A DNA stretch of 64,000 nt from Kiritimatiellia bacterium (GTDB lineage Bacteria; Verrucomicrobiota; Kiritimatiellia; RFP12; UBA1067). Below, one piece after another: positions 31,897 through 42,000 of the stretch. Each line of letters starts with the position of its first letter. Within the stretch, counting starts at the first letter, position 1. The notes under the pieces were generated by a model. It had not been told where the DNA came from. It was given only the letters and a program-made list of their open reading frames with translations, and ran no database searches. The stretch is from the NCBI GenBank assembly GCA_050949565.1, contig JBMNFY010000006.1:128001-192000 (forward strand), written 5' to 3'. Both the position numbers and the translations under genes were made by a program.

Positions 31897-32589
31897 ATGA
31901 AGAGTGGCATGTTTATGGCGGCGTGTGTAGTGGCGTTGTCGGTTTTTGCAGCTCAGGCGCAGGAGGGTGCGCGCAGCACGTGGGAGACGGCGAGTCCGGA
32001 AGAACAGCGGGCGAGTGTGACCCCTCTGATGGTCAGCGTTTGCTCGCCGTCAGGGGTGGAGGTGCCGTGGTGGCGGCCGGTCTGGGATGTCGAAGGGCTG
32101 CGGCTGTGTCTGCCGTATGGGCGCTGCCAGGAGTTCACCGGACTTGATGTGGGTTTCGTGACGCACGCGGTCAATTCGCATGGCGTGCATGTTGCGGGGC
32201 TGAATCTGGTTGACGATGATGTGCGCATGACGCTGTCGGTGGGCGTGCTGGGGAACGTGGTGGGTGGTTCCTACACGGGCTTCCAGATCGGCGGTCTGGC
32301 CAACGTGGTGAACGACGATGTCCATGCCCTGCAGATTGGCGGTGCCGCGAACGTGGTGGGTGGCGCCTTCAAGGGGTTGCAAGTCGGCTCGGTGAATGTG
32401 GCGCCGGTCCAGATGAAGAATTCCTGGCAGATCGGCTTTTGGAACCATTGCGGCGATATGGAGCATGGCGGACAGATCGGCGTGTTCAACTATGCGCGCG
32501 AGGTGAGCAGCGGTCTCCAGATCGGCCTTATCAATATCATTAAGCACAATGAGTACCCGTGTGTGCCGATCATGAACTACCACTTCTAA
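31897..32589 (+). CDS. Secreted GxQxG-repeat surface protein (LA_2272-like)
   Basis: Signal peptide; repeats GFQIGGLANVV, ALQIGGAANVV, GLQVGSVN, SWQIGFWN, GGQIGVFN, GLQIGLIN; C-terminal Phe. Confidence 0.75.
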   Translation: MKSGMFMAACVVALSVFAAQAQEGARSTWETASPEEQRASVTPLMVSVCSPSGVEVPWWRPVWDVEGLRLCLPYGRCQEFTGLDVGFVTHAVNSHGVHVAGLNLVDDDVRMTLSVGVLGNVVGGSYTGFQIGGLANVVNDDVHALQIGGAANVVGGAFKGLQVGSVNVAPVQMKNSWQIGFWNHCGDMEHGGQIGVFNYAREVSSGLQIGLINIIKHNEYPCVPIMNYHF

Positions 32590-32626
32590 TGTGGGGCTGA
32601 CGGCGCACAGACTGGAGGAGGCGCAC

Positions 32627-33226
32627 ATGCATGCATGGTGGGGCGGGCTTTCCGCGTTGAACCGCGGCTTCTTCTGCGCGGCTGTCTTTTTTGGCGTTCT
32701 TTCCGTCTGGCAGTTGCTGGCCACCCTGATGGGGTTGGACAGTGACGATGTGATGGACGGCGACGTGACCGTTGATGATGTGGCCGGCGGTGACGCGGCG
32801 GAGACGATGGGCGCGTTCAAGTTGCTCAGTATCCGCTCTGTCATCGCCTTTTTCACGCTCTTTAGCTGGGGTGGCGCGCTGTATCTGGCCGACGGGCGCA
32901 GTGTGCGGGCGGCGATCGGACTGGGCGGCCTGTGGGGCGTCGCCGGCATGGCGGTGGTGGCACTGTTGTTGTATGCGCTGCCGAAACTTGCGCATACCGG
33001 CACGCTGGATATTGCGACCGCAGTTGGTACGGTCGGAAGCGTCTATATCGATATCCCCGAGGGGGGTGAGGGTGAAATCCGCACCGAGGTCGGCGGCGTG
33101 ATGAGCCACGTCAAGGCACGCGCGTCGGACGGGCAGGCTATCAAGGCCGGCACTGCGGTTGTGGTCGAACGGGTGGTGTTCGGAAATCGGGTCGAGGTGC
33201 GTGCCGTTGAAGGCGCGCGCGGCTAA
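32627..33226 (+). CDS. NfeD-like membrane protein (C-terminal OB fold)
   Basis: GGAGGAGG RBS; TMs, FKLLSIRSVIAFF..FSW, GSVYIDIP..GEGEI, IKAGTAVVV; directly upstream of an SPFH gene. Confidence 0.85.
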   Translation: MHAWWGGLSALNRGFFCAAVFFGVLSVWQLLATLMGLDSDDVMDGDVTVDDVAGGDAAETMGAFKLLSIRSVIAFFTLFSWGGALYLADGRSVRAAIGLGGLWGVAGMAVVALLLYALPKLAHTGTLDIATAVGTVGSVYIDIPEGGEGEIRTEVGGVMSHVKARASDGQAIKAGTAVVVERVVFGNRVEVRAVEGARG

Positions 33227-33246
33227 CCCGGTAAGGGAGGCGGACA

Positions 33247-34771
33247 ATGATGTCAGGCATGATGTTTAATGCGGTACTGGCGCAGGTTGCGCGTGCGGGA
33301 AGCGGGGGGGGAAACTGGTCAGGCCTTGCGCTGACACTGATTCTGGTCGTAATTGCGCTGGGGTTGCTGATGGGTTTCGCGCGCCGTTACAAACGCTGCC
33401 CTTCCAACAAAATATTGGTGATCTACGGCAAGACCGGTAGTGGCGTGGCGCGTTGTATCCACGGCGGTGCGGCCTTTGTCTGGCCGCTGATCCAGGCGTA
33501 TGAGTTTTTGAGCCTCGAGCCGTTTGTCGTGCCGATCGATCTGAAGAGCGCCCTCTCATTCGAGAATATCCGCGTAACCGTGCCCACCACCGTGACCGCC
33601 GCCATCTCGACCGAGCGCGGCGTCATGGAGAATGCCGCGATCCGTCTGCTGGGGCTCAACGACCAGCAGATCCGGGATCAGGCGCAGGACATCATCCTCG
33701 GCCAGATGCGTGCCGTGATCGCGACCATGCGGATCGAGGAGATCAATCAAGACCGACAGGCGTTCCTTTCCAAGGTCAATGAGTCGGTCTCCGGCGAGCT
33801 TGAAAAGATCGGCCTGCATCTGGTCAACGTCAACATCCGCGACATCGAGGATGACTCGGGCTACATCGTCGCGCTCGGCCGTCGCGCGGCAGCCGAGGCG
33901 ATCAACCAGGCCAACGTCGATGTGGCGGAGCAGGAGAAGAAGGGGCAGATCGGTGTGGCGACCCGCCAACGCGACCAGCGCGTGGCTGTGGCGGCCGCCA
34001 GCGCCGAGGCTGAGATCGGTGAGGCGGAAGCCGACCGCAACCGCCGTGCGCGCTGCGGCGCAGTTGAACACCGAGGCGGTCGAGGCGGAGTCTGCCGCCA
34101 ACGCCCAAAAGGCCGAGTATCTCGCCAACCAGCGCGTGGCCGAAGAGCAGGCGCGCAACCGCTCGGAGTCTGCGGCGCGCGATGCCGACGGCGCGATTCG
34201 CGTGGCGCAGGAAATGGCGCAGAAAAAGGCGGAGGAGGCGCGCGCCGAGCGTGAGAAGGCGCGCCTTGAAGCTGAGGTGGTGGTGCCAGCCAACGCTGAG
34301 CGCGAGCGTGTGCTCATCGCGGCGGACGCCGCGCGCGAGCAGGCGGTACGGATCGCGCAAGGTGAGGCCGAGGCGACGCTCGCCAAAATGAAGGCCGAGG
34401 GGCAGGGTGTGAAGGCGATTCTGGATGGCAAGGCAGCCGGCTATCAGGCATTGGTCGAGGCGTGCGCCACCGCCCAGCAGGCCGCGTCGCTGCTGCTTAT
34501 CGAGAAGCTTCAGGAGATTGCCGAGATTCAGGCACAGGCCATTCAGGACCTGCCGATCGAGAAGGTGGTGGTGTGGGACGGAGGCAGCGAGCAGGGCGGG
34601 CTGGCCGGTCTGGGGCGGCGCTTGATGGGCACGTTGCCGCCGATGCACGAGTTGGCGCGTCAGATCGGCCTCGAATTGCCCGACTATCTCGGCAAGACAG
34701 CGGGGTGCTCATCGACGTCGGCACCGGATGCGCAGGCAGCGAAAACGCCCTCCGAGTCCGATGTCGGCTGA
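33247..34771 (+). pseudogene. Flotillin/SPFH (band 7) protein with a single frameshift near 34047-34052
   Basis: Frame 1: RYKRCPSNKILVIYG, GGAAFVWP, NIRDIED. Frame 2 from about 34052: AAAQLNTEAVEAE...IEKVVVWDG...LPPMHEL. May be an assembly error. Confidence 0.85.
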
Positions 34772-34793
34772 CAGGACCGTGAGGTAAGCCGCC

Positions 34794-35828
34794 ATGGAGC
34801 AACTCTGCGAGGCTGACAAGATTTCGTATCTGGCGAATGTCTTCGCCATCTGTGGTGCCGACGGATGTGTTTCGCCGCGGGAGGTCGCTGTCATTAAAGA
34901 TGTTGCCAGCCGTCTGAATGTTTCGCAGAAGGAGATCACGGCGGCTCGCAATCTGGTGGCCAGCGGGCACTATGAGCTGGCATTGCTTTCTGACTTCCGG
35001 GTGCGCCGTGACAATATCGAAGACATGGTTATGGTGGCGCTGGCCGACGGTAATTTGCAGCCCCAAGCGGCCGCTCCGATCGAGAAATTCGCCAAGACGT
35101 TGCGCTTCGCCCAGGCCGATATGGACATGATCGCGCGTCGCGCGCAATCCCGGCTGAACCTTCTCTTCAAAACCGCGCGTGCTGCCGACAGGGCAACGCC
35201 GGTATCGCCGTCGCCTGTTGCCAATGTTGCGTCTGCGCCGCCGCCGATGCCGCAGGCGGCGACTTCCGCCGAACCTGCCGAGGTGCCTGTGGTGGCGGAA
35301 ACACCTCCCGCCGCAAGACCCGCGCCGTCACCGCCCGTTGCGTTGCCTGCGGCGGTGAGCGCCTGCCTGCGGTGCCGGGATGCGGCGCAGGATCGGGCGG
35401 CGTACTGTTACGGGGAGGGCGAGACGCTGAATGTCTGGGGGTGCCGTCTGTTGTGTCAGCCGTGGTGTGCCGGTGCGCCTTGGCTGAAAGCCGGAACCTT
35501 CCGTCCCACCGGTTGTTTTGTGTTTGATCGCGAAGCGATCCGCGCGTTACTGGCTCAGGCCGCTGTGGCGGCCGTACGCTGTCCGCACTTTGATCCGGGC
35601 GCAGTGGAGCGGGCGCTTGCCGCGTTGCCGTCGCAAGCGTGGCCGGGCAGGCGCTGGACGCTCAGTTTGGCCAAGGTGGGGGAGCCGGGCCTGCCGCTGA
35701 CGGTGCGGCATTACCGTCACGGCTGTCTGCTGCGTACGCGGCAGAGGGTGTCCGGCGTGGCGCCGGTCGGTGAACAGCTGGCGCGGCGAATCATCCGCGA
35801 CGCCCACCGGAAACGGCACTTAACCTAG
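34794..35828 (+). CDS. TerB-like domain protein with Pro/Ala linker and Cys-rich C-terminal domain
   Basis: Duplicated ADG motifs (ICGADGCVSPRE; VALADGNL); CLRC, WGCRLLC, CPHF. Confidence 0.65.
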   Translation: MEQLCEADKISYLANVFAICGADGCVSPREVAVIKDVASRLNVSQKEITAARNLVASGHYELALLSDFRVRRDNIEDMVMVALADGNLQPQAAAPIEKFAKTLRFAQADMDMIARRAQSRLNLLFKTARAADRATPVSPSPVANVASAPPPMPQAATSAEPAEVPVVAETPPAARPAPSPPVALPAAVSACLRCRDAAQDRAAYCYGEGETLNVWGCRLLCQPWCAGAPWLKAGTFRPTGCFVFDREAIRALLAQAAVAAVRCPHFDPGAVERALAALPSQAWPGRRWTLSLAKVGEPGLPLTVRHYRHGCLLRTRQRVSGVAPVGEQLARRIIRDAHRKRHLT

Positions 35829-35853
35829 CGCTCATGCTTTGCGGCGATTCAGA

Positions 35854-35882
35854 TTGAACAAAATCCGTAAAAGTGCCATGAT
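35854..35882 (+). promoter_or_regulatory. Possible sigma70 promoter of the fab operon
   Basis: TTGAAC-N17-CATGAT with extended -10 TG, about 35 nt before fabH. Confidence 0.45.
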
Positions 35883-35916
35883 AGACGCTACTCTTTTCGA
35901 CTGGGAAGGATTTTGA

Positions 35917-36966
35917 ATGTTTGTCCAGATTACCGGGACCGGTTCCTATCTGCCGGAGCGCGTGGTGACCAACGATGAGTTGGCTGCCACGCTCGACACC
36001 TCCGACGAATGGATCTACTCACATACTGGCATCCGCAGCCGTCATATCGGTGCGGATGACGAAAGCACCTCTTCGATGGCAGTCAAGGCGGCGCGCGCCG
36101 CCTTGGCCTCGGCTGGTGTGGCACCGGAGGATCTGGGGTTGATCATCGTGGCCACATCGACCCCTGACTACCAACTGTTCCCGTCTACCGCCTGTCTGGT
36201 GCAGCATGCGCTGGGGGCGGTCAACGCGGCCTGTTTCGACATGCAGGCGGCCTGCACCGGTTTCATCTACGCGCTTGAAACGGCGCGTGGTTTTTTACAC
36301 CACACGCCGCGGCCGGCTCTGGTCGTCGGAGCGGAAATGATGTCGCGCATCGTGGATTGGAGCGACCGCAACACCTGTATCCTTTTCGGCGACGCAGCGG
36401 GGGCGGCGGTTCTTGAGGTCAGTCAGGACGAGACGGGCGGTATCTGGCACTCGATCCTCAAGGCCGATGGCGCAGGCTCGCAACTGATCTTTCGTGAAGG
36501 CGGCGCACGCGGGTTGCCCGGGGGCATGCCCTTGATTCAGCACACGTTGCAGATGAAGGGGCGCGCGGTCTTCAATTTTGCGGTGAAGGTGTTTGATGAC
36601 GTGCTGTGCAGGCTGCTGGAACGTTCCGGCTATACTTTCGACGACCTTGCCTGTGTCGTTCCCCATCAGGCTAACGCCCGCATTGTCGAAGCGGTGGCGC
36701 GCCGTATGGGGGTGCCGCTGGAAAAGTTTTACTTGAACATGGAGACGACTGGCAACAGTTCCGCCGCCTCAATTCCGGTGGCGCTGGACGCGGCGGTCGC
36801 CGCCAAGAAAATCAAAGAGGGCGACCTCATCGCCATGGTCGGGTTCGGCGCGGGACTGACCTACGGCGGCATCTTGATGAACTGGCATGGCCGAACGGAG
36901 AAATCGGCACCTGCAGTCCATCCATCCCGTGATCTTTCGGCGGAAACGAACGCGAACACTGAATAA
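35917..36966 (+). CDS. fabH: 3-oxoacyl-ACP synthase III
   Basis: GSYLP, AACTGF (Cys), ILFGDAAGA, PHQAN (His), GNSSAAS (Asn), GFGAGLT. Confidence 0.95.
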   Translation: MFVQITGTGSYLPERVVTNDELAATLDTSDEWIYSHTGIRSRHIGADDESTSSMAVKAARAALASAGVAPEDLGLIIVATSTPDYQLFPSTACLVQHALGAVNAACFDMQAACTGFIYALETARGFLHHTPRPALVVGAEMMSRIVDWSDRNTCILFGDAAGAAVLEVSQDETGGIWHSILKADGAGSQLIFREGGARGLPGGMPLIQHTLQMKGRAVFNFAVKVFDDVLCRLLERSGYTFDDLACVVPHQANARIVEAVARRMGVPLEKFYLNMETTGNSSAASIPVALDAAVAAKKIKEGDLIAMVGFGAGLTYGGILMNWHGRTEKSAPAVHPSRDLSAETNANTE

Positions 36967-36984
36967 GGAGTAACCAAAGAGCGT

Positions 36985-38232
36985 ATGAGTGGCAACACCA
37001 AGGTTTTGATCACCGGACTGGGCGTCATCTCGCCCGTCGGCAATACCGTTGACGAGATGTGGAGCAACATCCGTAACGGCGTCAGCGGCCTGTGCCGCAC
37101 CACCAAGTTTGATCCCTCACGCGTCGACTCGAAAGTTTCCGGCGAGGTGAAGGATTTCGATGTGTCCCAGTATGTCGACCAGAAAGAGGCGCGCCGCATG
37201 GGGCTCTTCACCCAGTATGCCGTGGCTGCCGCCAAGCAGGCATGGCAGGATTCCGGCCTCGCCGACGGCGGCGCCGATCCCGAGCGCGTTGCGGTGATGG
37301 TCGGCAACGGCATCGGCGGCAAAGAGGTTGATGAGGAGGCCTACCGTATACTCTTCGACCGCGGTCCGGGGCGCCTCTCGCCCATGCTGATTCCTAAGCT
37401 GATCGCCAACGAGGCCGCCGGCAACATCTCGATCGCGCTCAAGGCCCAAGGCGCCGCGCACACCATCGTCACGGCGTGCGCTTCGAGTACCGACGCGCTG
37501 GGCGTGGCGCTGGACATGATTCGTGCGGGTCGCGCCGACGTGGTCATCACGGGCGGCACCGAAGCCACCATCACCGAGTACTGCGTGGGCGGCTTCTGCT
37601 CCATGAAAGCGCTAAGCACCAAGTACAACGACACGCCCGAAAAGGCTTGCCGTCCGTTTGACGCCGGCCGTGACGGCTTTGTCATGGGCGAAGGCGCGGC
37701 GATGTTGATTCTCGAATCGGAGGCGCACGCCAAAGCGCGCAATGCCCGCGTCTATGCCGAACTCGCCGGTTACGGTGCATCTGGGGATGCCTATCATCTG
37801 ACCGCGCCTGACCCCGAAGCCGCCGGTGCCATCCGCGCCATCAAGATTGCGCTCAAGGACGCGGGCCTAGGCATTGAGGATGTCGATTATGTCAACGCCC
37901 ACGGCACCTCCACGCCGCTCAACGATCCGATGGAGACCAAAGCGATCAAGGCGGTCTTCGGCGAGCAGGCGTACCGCCTCAAGGTCTCGTCCACCAAGAG
38001 CATGACCGGTCACCTGCTGGGCGCCGCAGGCGCGCTTGAGGCGGTGATCTGCACGCTCGCGATCCGTGACAGTTTTTATCCGCCGACAATCAACAACGAA
38101 AACCCCGATCCCGAGTGCGATTTGGATGTCGTGCCCAACAAGGGGGTGCAGGGGCCGATCCGCGCGGCGATTTCAACATCGCTCGGATTCGGCGGCCATA
38201 ACGGCGTGATTGCCATCAAGGCGTACAACTGA
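36985..38232 (+). CDS. fabF: 3-oxoacyl-ACP synthase II
   Basis: TACASS, RPFDAGRDGFVMGEG, NAHGTST, SMTGHLLGAAG, GFGGHN. Confidence 0.95.
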   Translation: MSGNTKVLITGLGVISPVGNTVDEMWSNIRNGVSGLCRTTKFDPSRVDSKVSGEVKDFDVSQYVDQKEARRMGLFTQYAVAAAKQAWQDSGLADGGADPERVAVMVGNGIGGKEVDEEAYRILFDRGPGRLSPMLIPKLIANEAAGNISIALKAQGAAHTIVTACASSTDALGVALDMIRAGRADVVITGGTEATITEYCVGGFCSMKALSTKYNDTPEKACRPFDAGRDGFVMGEGAAMLILESEAHAKARNARVYAELAGYGASGDAYHLTAPDPEAAGAIRAIKIALKDAGLGIEDVDYVNAHGTSTPLNDPMETKAIKAVFGEQAYRLKVSSTKSMTGHLLGAAGALEAVICTLAIRDSFYPPTINNENPDPECDLDVVPNKGVQGPIRAAISTSLGFGGHNGVIAIKAYN

Positions 38233-38268
38233 CGATAGGTGCGGACCCAGTAGGAGAGTGAACAAAAG

Positions 38269-38745
38269 ATGAGCCTAGAGAACGAAAAAACCAAGCCCGA
38301 CGTTGCCGATTATCAGGCCTATGAAGGATCGGTGGAAGAACTGCTTCCGCACCGCGACCCCTTCCTGTTTGTCGATCGCGTGCTACATGTGGACAAGACC
38401 TTCACCATCGGCGAAAAGACCTTCGGCGAGGACATGTGGTTCTTCGAGGGGCACTTCCCTAACTATCCGGTCGTGCCCGGCGTGATCCTCACGGAAACCA
38501 TGGCGCAGTGCGGTGGTGCTGGACTGGTGGCCTCTGGGCAGATTCCTAAAGGTGTGGTTTTTCTGCTCGTTGGCGTGAACAACGCCAAGTTCCGCAGGCA
38601 GGTTCGCCCGAACGACACCGTGCGTCTGGAGATCGAGAACATTCGCGTCAGCTCGCGCATGGCGATCCAACGCGGCATGGCCTTTGTCGGTGACGAGCTG
38701 GCAGCCGAAGCGGAGTTCCGCTGCGTCCTCGGCCCGTCGGCGTGA
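38269..38745 (+). CDS. fabZ: 3-hydroxyacyl-ACP dehydratase
   Basis: LPHRDPFLFVDR, FEGHFP, PGVILTETMAQ, KFRRQVRP. Confidence 0.93.
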   Translation: MSLENEKTKPDVADYQAYEGSVEELLPHRDPFLFVDRVLHVDKTFTIGEKTFGEDMWFFEGHFPNYPVVPGVILTETMAQCGGAGLVASGQIPKGVVFLLVGVNNAKFRRQVRPNDTVRLEIENIRVSSRMAIQRGMAFVGDELAAEAEFRCVLGPSA

Positions 38746-38746
38746 T

Positions 38747-38777
38747 AAGCTCCGCGCTGTGCGCGGAGCTTGGTTTC
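38747..38777 (+). terminator. Hairpin immediately after fabZ, probable terminator
   Basis: Perfect 11-bp stem AAGCTCCGCGC-tgt-GCGCGGAGCTT followed by GGTTTC; U-tract is weak. Confidence 0.5.
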
Positions 38778-38897
38778 AGGTTTGAGGGGTTTCAGGTTTT
38801 GTTGCGTGCGGAGCGCCGGGCGGGGCGAGCGTCGCTCGTCCGGGCGGCGTAAACGCCGCCATGTTGTGAACGTGTCCGATCCCGATCCCGATTTGGA

Positions 38898-38991
38898 TGA
38901 AACCCTGAATCCCTGAAACCTTGAAACCCTGAAACCTTGAAACCCTGAAACCTTGAAACCCTGAAACCTTGAAACCCTGAAACCCGAAACC
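38898..38991. repeat. Tandem 8-mer array (TGAAACCC/TGAAACCT, 16-nt higher-order period)
   Basis: About 11 units read directly; short inverted copies at 38772-38800; REP-like module at 38812-38860. Confidence 0.92.
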
Positions 38992-39007
38992 GGCGAACAC
39001 TCAACGC

Positions 39008-42000
39008 TTAACGTTCAATTTGTGTCAGCTCCATTTCCGCCCAGGCGCCCCAGTCGCCGCTGCTGTTGTTCTTGTCGCCGACGTCCGTGATCAGTAGCAG
39101 GCTCACCGTCTGACCGGCCCACGGAGCGAGGCTGCCTTCCAGCGTGTGCCAAGCATGGGTGGCGACGTGGCATTGTGCGATTTCGTGGCGGCGTCCTTCG
39201 GTATCTTCCACCGCGATCTTGAACAGCAGGCCGTCGCCGAGGTCGCTGCCGTCTTGCTTGCCGACTGCGCACCGGATCTGCATCGGTGCGGTCGGTAGCG
39301 TCAGGGTGTAGCGCGCGAATGCGTAGCCGGTGCCGCCTTTGTAGGGCGGGTGCATGAAGAGCCCGCGCGGCTTGGTCACGCCGCCGCAGGTCGATGACGT
39401 TGCATAAATCTCCGCCCCAGTTGTCGAGTCCAGCTCACGTTCGGCCTGGCCGCGCAGCGCCATGCCGCGCGCGTATAGCGACGGCAGGGGACGTCCTTTT
39501 TTCACTGCCGGGGCAGGGGGCGGCGGCGGATTTTCGACCGTGAAGTCGATCCACGCGCCTTCGCGTTCGAACCAGAGCCGCGCTCCGGGACGTGCGTCAG
39601 CCGGGATCGTCACCGCATGTTCTGCGGTGCCTTTGATCACCACGCGTTCACCCGGCTTGACGCATGCGCGTGCGCAGGTCAGCGCGGCTGTCGGCGCGGA
39701 CGCACCGCGCCGCGCGCGGTAACTGAACGCGCCCTTGACCGGCTGCACAAAGCTGAGGCCGCGCGCTGTGCGTACGTCTGCGGTGCCGAGCACGCCGTTG
39801 GTGGCATCCAGAGCGACCACGTCGCTGAATGCGTAGGGGAATCCAGCTTCCGTGCATTTGTGCATGAGGATTTCCGCCATGCCGTTGGTCAGCGCGCGGC
39901 AGATCGCGACGCCTGCGGCCGCGCCTTCGTCAAACCGCGTGAAGTGACCGCGCCCGTCGATGTAGGTGTAGGCCGGTGCAACGGCGAGGTCGGCGCGGCG
40001 GCCGTTGACTTCGCCGCTGAAAACGCGCACGGTGCCGTCGCCGCTGCGTCCCCAGTAGCCGTTGGGCGGCAGATCCAGCGACTGGTCGGCCACGGTCACC
40101 TTCATGCGTGCTTCCGGATGGCCGTTGGCCACCGTGACTGTGCCGTCGGCATAGCGCGTCGTCACCTGCGAACGCATATAGGCGCCGTTGGCCAGCGCGG
40201 CTGTGGTTTCGTGCAGCGCGCCGTCCGCGTCGGCGTAGCGGATCGTATCGGCGGCGACCTGCGTGTAGCGGCTGGCCAACGCCTGCACCATGTAGTAACT
40301 GCGCAGTTCGCCCTCGCGTCCGTGCAGCAGGAAACCGGGATGGCCGAAGGCCACCGTGGCGGCCAGGAAGCGGTCTCTTGCGACCTCGGGATCGGATGGT
40401 GCGCTCTTTCTGGGGTAGAACATGTCGAGATTGCCCATGCCGAAGTTGCAGCAGAGCGGATGCAGGCAGCGCAGGTCAAAATCAACTAGCCAAGGGTTTT
40501 CGTGAATGTTGTATCTCTGGTCCTGCGCATAGTTGCCGTCGGTCAGGCCGCAGTAAAGGAAGTGGTTGTCGCCCTCCGAGTAGACCGGCCCCTTCCATGC
40601 GGCTTTCTGCAACAGCATGATCTCGCCGTACGCGTAGAAGACGGCGGCAAAGGTGCCGGCACCGGGAACACGCGGGTCGTAGTCCACGCGGCTCCAAGGG
40701 GTGACTGCGGTGTGGACGTCGCAGTATGCGGTGCTGAAGCCGAATTTTTTCTGAATGATCGGCGCGAGGCGCTCGCAGAACTCGACCGCGCGCGCGGGTT
40801 TGGGCGCGTAGCAACGTTCCCACGCATGCTGCAACTGGTTGTCGGGCGTGCGCGAGATCAGATCAATGTGCCAGAATCCGTTGACCGGCGCAAAGTCGGT
40901 GAAGTTGTTGTAGGGACCGTAAACAAAGCCCAGCTCGTCCTGCATGATACGGGCATAGTCATATTGTCCTTTGTCGCCGCCCTTTTTGGGTGCGGGATCG
41001 GTGCGGAAGGTGAAGCTCTCGTTGCCATCGCGCCAGCCGGTCTCGTGGTCGGTGACGACGATTTCCGTCATGCCCCAGCGATGCACGTTCCGCCAATAGG
41101 TCGCGTCGTTTGCCCGGTTGCCTGCGCCGTGCGCGCGCCAGACGCGCGTGCCGGTGACAGACTTCCAGGGGGAGGGTGGATTCGGGATGTTGGGCAGTAC
41201 ATCTTCAAAACGCGGAGAGAGTGTCATCACAAAACGCTCGAAACAAGGGTTGCGCTGACCGTCGGTCTTCGGCGTATAGCGCGTGCCACCGTTGCTGGAT
41301 AACGCACCGTCGAAGCGCATGTTTTTCGCGAACGGAAAGGAGGCGTTGGATTGTGTCCAGTCGATATGCGCCATAAAAAAGAGCGGTGCGTCGAGTTCAC
41401 CCGAGATAACCACAGCCGGCCGCACCATGCCACCATCCGTAAAGCCGTACGTGTAATAGGGCAGCGTGGCCAGACGCGGATTAACAAAGCCGCGTGTGGC
41501 ACCGAAACGCACCTCGCCGATCTCGCCTTGGCCGGCTTGGATATCCATGACCAGCGACTTGCCGAAGAGTTGGAAGCGGACTTCCGCTTCAATACTGCGT
41601 CCGCCCTGTGTCAAACGTCCCGCGTAGGTGACACTCTTGCCGTCGGTTGTGACCGTCATGGTCTCGCTTTCGGCGCGCGCCAGCGTTCCGGTCGGCACGG
41701 TTGGCGCAAAGTACAAGCCGCCTTCCAATCCAATGTTGGCCCACGCCCCATCTCCCCAGCGCACGGCCATATCGTCCCACGCGCCGAGTTGTGCGGGCAA
41801 ACGAAATTCGAGGCGTCCGTCCTTGCCCTCGCGCACCAGATGATAACGGCCCGACTCGTTGCGGCCTACGCGTGCGACGGACGGCACGGGGTCGCGCGGC
41901 ACGACGGTCAGCGGCGTGTTGGGAAAGGGGAGGGTCGTGGAGCCAATATTTGCGCCCGGATCGCACGCCGGGAAGACTTGCACACCGCGCCGCGGACGCG

